A stretch of 37,846 bases of DNA. Origin: Blastocystis sp. subtype 4 (lineage: Eukaryota). Location of the stretch: the NCBI RefSeq assembly GCF_000743755.1, contig NW_014569474.1, forward strand, positions 1 through 37,846. The letters run 5' to 3'. Under the pieces are notes generated by a model. That model saw nothing but the letters and a program-made list of their open reading frames with translations. It did no database searches and had not been told where the DNA came from. Positions 35,811 through 37,846 of the stretch are shown here, in pieces (positions within the stretch are counted from its first letter, which is position 1; each line of letters begins with the position of its first letter). The position numbers and the translations under genes were made by a program.

Positions 35811-35882
35811 TAATTCATCATCAACAATTGGTATTAATAGATTTCCAACCTATAAACAAACGAATGGATTATTCTTCTATCC

Positions 35883-35890
35883 AACAAACA
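35883..35890 (-). terminator. TGTTTGTT polyadenylation-associated motif (GalNAc-T gene)
   Basis: The minus strand reads ...TCA TAA GGATG TGTTTGTT. Confidence 0.75.
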
Positions 35891-35895
35891 CATCC

Positions 35896-37203
35896 TTATG
35901 ACATGGTCGCATTGATATAGAACATTTGCTCATATGAAAGGTGCTTAATTACACTAGGATTTACAGCCATTACATTTCCACATTGATATCCCTCAGGTCG
36001 CATGTGCTCTACTCGTAAACAACCTACCTATCACTCACTAGGTAAACACAGTGCACGACCCTTAAACTTTGTTGCGTAATAACTAAATGGTTTACAGTGA
36101 AGATCCTTCTTCAACTGTAAACGGGCCGAGATATCACCGAAATCGGATTTGGGTTTCCCGTCCTTTAGTGGAGTTCTACTCGCCTTGTAGAATAAATCCA
36201 GATTCTCCTGATCCATCCACACATTTGCAATACGCACATAATTACGCTGGACATCCGCACCATTCACAGGATACGGGAACTTCGTTCTGAATCCGTGGGC
36301 CACAAAAGAATCCTTTGCCACCACAATCCGTCCTCCACAAAGCCATGTCCGAAAGGAAATCTCCACGTTCTCACCTCCCCATGTTCGGAGTTCAGGATCC
36401 ATAGCACCCTGATTCCACCAGAATTTGGATATGGCGAACATTCCCATGGTGATGGGAGAAAACAAGTCCTCTGAGGAACCTCCGCCCCAGAATTGTCGCA
36501 GATCCATAGAAATCGTAGCAGATGACCCAATTCCTTTCCATAAACTCATAGGACGGTAGGCAGCTGCATCAAGATTAAAGTTGATGTAGTTCACGATTGT
36601 ACGAGGATCTTCTTGTAGCAGCTTTCGAGGAGTTTTCAGCCAATCAGGACCCACAAAAACATGAGCATCAATAAAGGCAAAGAACTCACTCCTGGCATTA
36701 TTTCCACCGATATACCGAGCACCAATCAGACCCATACGTTTTTCTAATGATGAGAATCACCAATGATTCCAACCATTGCGAATGATTCGTACCCGAGTCT
36801 CATTTGCGTCCCATTCGACAGGAATATCTGAATGATCGTCAATAATCAGAACCTCATCAACATAACCAGGTTTCGTATTACCAAGCACATTGAGAACTCT
36901 AGACATCACAGTCAACAATGAAAAGAACGTCTTCTCAAGGAGTACTTCGTTGAATGTAACTATAATTACAGTGAATGTACCCTTTTTGGGGAGTTTTGAT
37001 GGCTCTACCATATCTCCTACTCTTTCTGAACTATCCTCTATTGTCTCATGATCTTCTGTCCGCTGGTCATGCTTTAACCCACTATAAACTACCTTGCAAG
37101 GATAGCGATCAATGAGCCTCTTTGTTACGACTGAATATGTCTTGAGAGAGAGTAAGACTAATAGACATAGAAGAAGTGACAGAAGGGACACTCCACTTCT
37201 CAT
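35896..37203 (-). CDS. Polypeptide N-acetylgalactosaminyltransferase-like (GT27), no ricin lectin domain
   Basis: N-terminal signal anchor, TVIIVTFNE, EVLIIDDHS, GLIGAR..G, DxH motif FIDAHV, WGGENVEISFRTWLCGG, VAHGFR...PY, RIANVWMD, FGDISARLQLKKDLHCKPF. Two short 3' exons lead to TAA at 35898-35896. Confidence 0.88.
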
Positions 37204-37611
37204 GGGGACAAAAGAATGACTGATTACAAATTGTTACTGTGAAACCTGCTTCTTCCTATTAAGACTTTACTAATGTATTGTGTATCTAGAATGCATTTGG
37301 AGAATAACTGAAAATCGATGGAACGATCCAAAGAGATGATAATGGTATAATGAATTACGTATAACTCGAAATTGAGTAAGCAGTGGAAATGATACAGGAA
37401 ATGATATCCCCAGGTTCTTTCTTGCCTCGAAAAAGGGGATAGCCAAAGAAAGCAGTGACAAGATCGAATGAAAAGCAATCCTAGATCCCATAATTCAATT
37501 AAAAGTAAATGCTTCTCTATGAAAACCTATTTTACCCCACCTCAATTCTCTTTCGGTCAATCCATAATACAGAATAGCCTACCTTATTGGGTCTAATTGT
37601 AGTGGTTCCGT

Positions 37612-37846
37612 ATGAAGGTATGTGGATATTCGAGAGAATGCACAATTTGGTTGATTGGTTTTCAGATGTCTGATTTCGTTGTAGCTTAACATTTGCTATC
37701 CCGCTCTTAGTTCTCAGAAGCCAATTGACATTGATGATGAGAACAAGCTGTAAAGAATGTTAAAGAGAGACTGATGTGTAGCCGTGTGTTCATGGACAAG
37801 AGAATGTCTCAGGAAGTGGAGGGTGACTCCTTGGGTGATGAATTCA
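37612..37846 (+). CDS. RPS6: 40S ribosomal protein S6 (eS6), 5' part; gene runs off the window end
   Basis: Exon ATGAAG, a 67-nt intron 37618-37684, then LNICYPALSSQKPIDIDDENKL|RVFMDKRMSQEVEGDSLGDEF. Confidence 0.95.

Overview
Gene-dense, intron-rich eukaryotic DNA. The ~30-nt GT-AG introns, intergenic gaps of tens of bases and TGTTTGTT just 3' of many genes are the signature of the gut stramenopile Blastocystis (inferred, not proven). About 21 spliced protein genes can be reconstructed by hand. In order: RPS9 (5' part), RPL9, a small stand-alone protein resembling the N-terminal C2 domain of centriolar C2CD3, a HAD hydrolase, CIA2/MIP18, two tandem MGQ-starting paralogs of unknown function, a coiled-coil protein, a PDIA6-like isomerase with one active site, PDCD7/U11-59K, an OMA1-like M48 protease, a large Glu-rich protein, DDX27/Drs1, RGP1, RPS5, a ~3,200-aa VPS13, a hypothetical protein, a USP35/38-like deubiquitinase, a lectin-less polypeptide GalNAc-transferase and RPS6 (5' part). 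Most notable: (1) the C2CD3-N-like mini-gene in a lineage without flagella; (2) a VPS13 with an internal hydrophobic hairpin and a C-terminal PX domain; (3) gene ends where polyadenylation could supply the stop codon. No tRNA, rRNA, CRISPR or mobile element was seen. Exon boundaries are manual predictions, and family calls come from remembered motifs rather than database searches.
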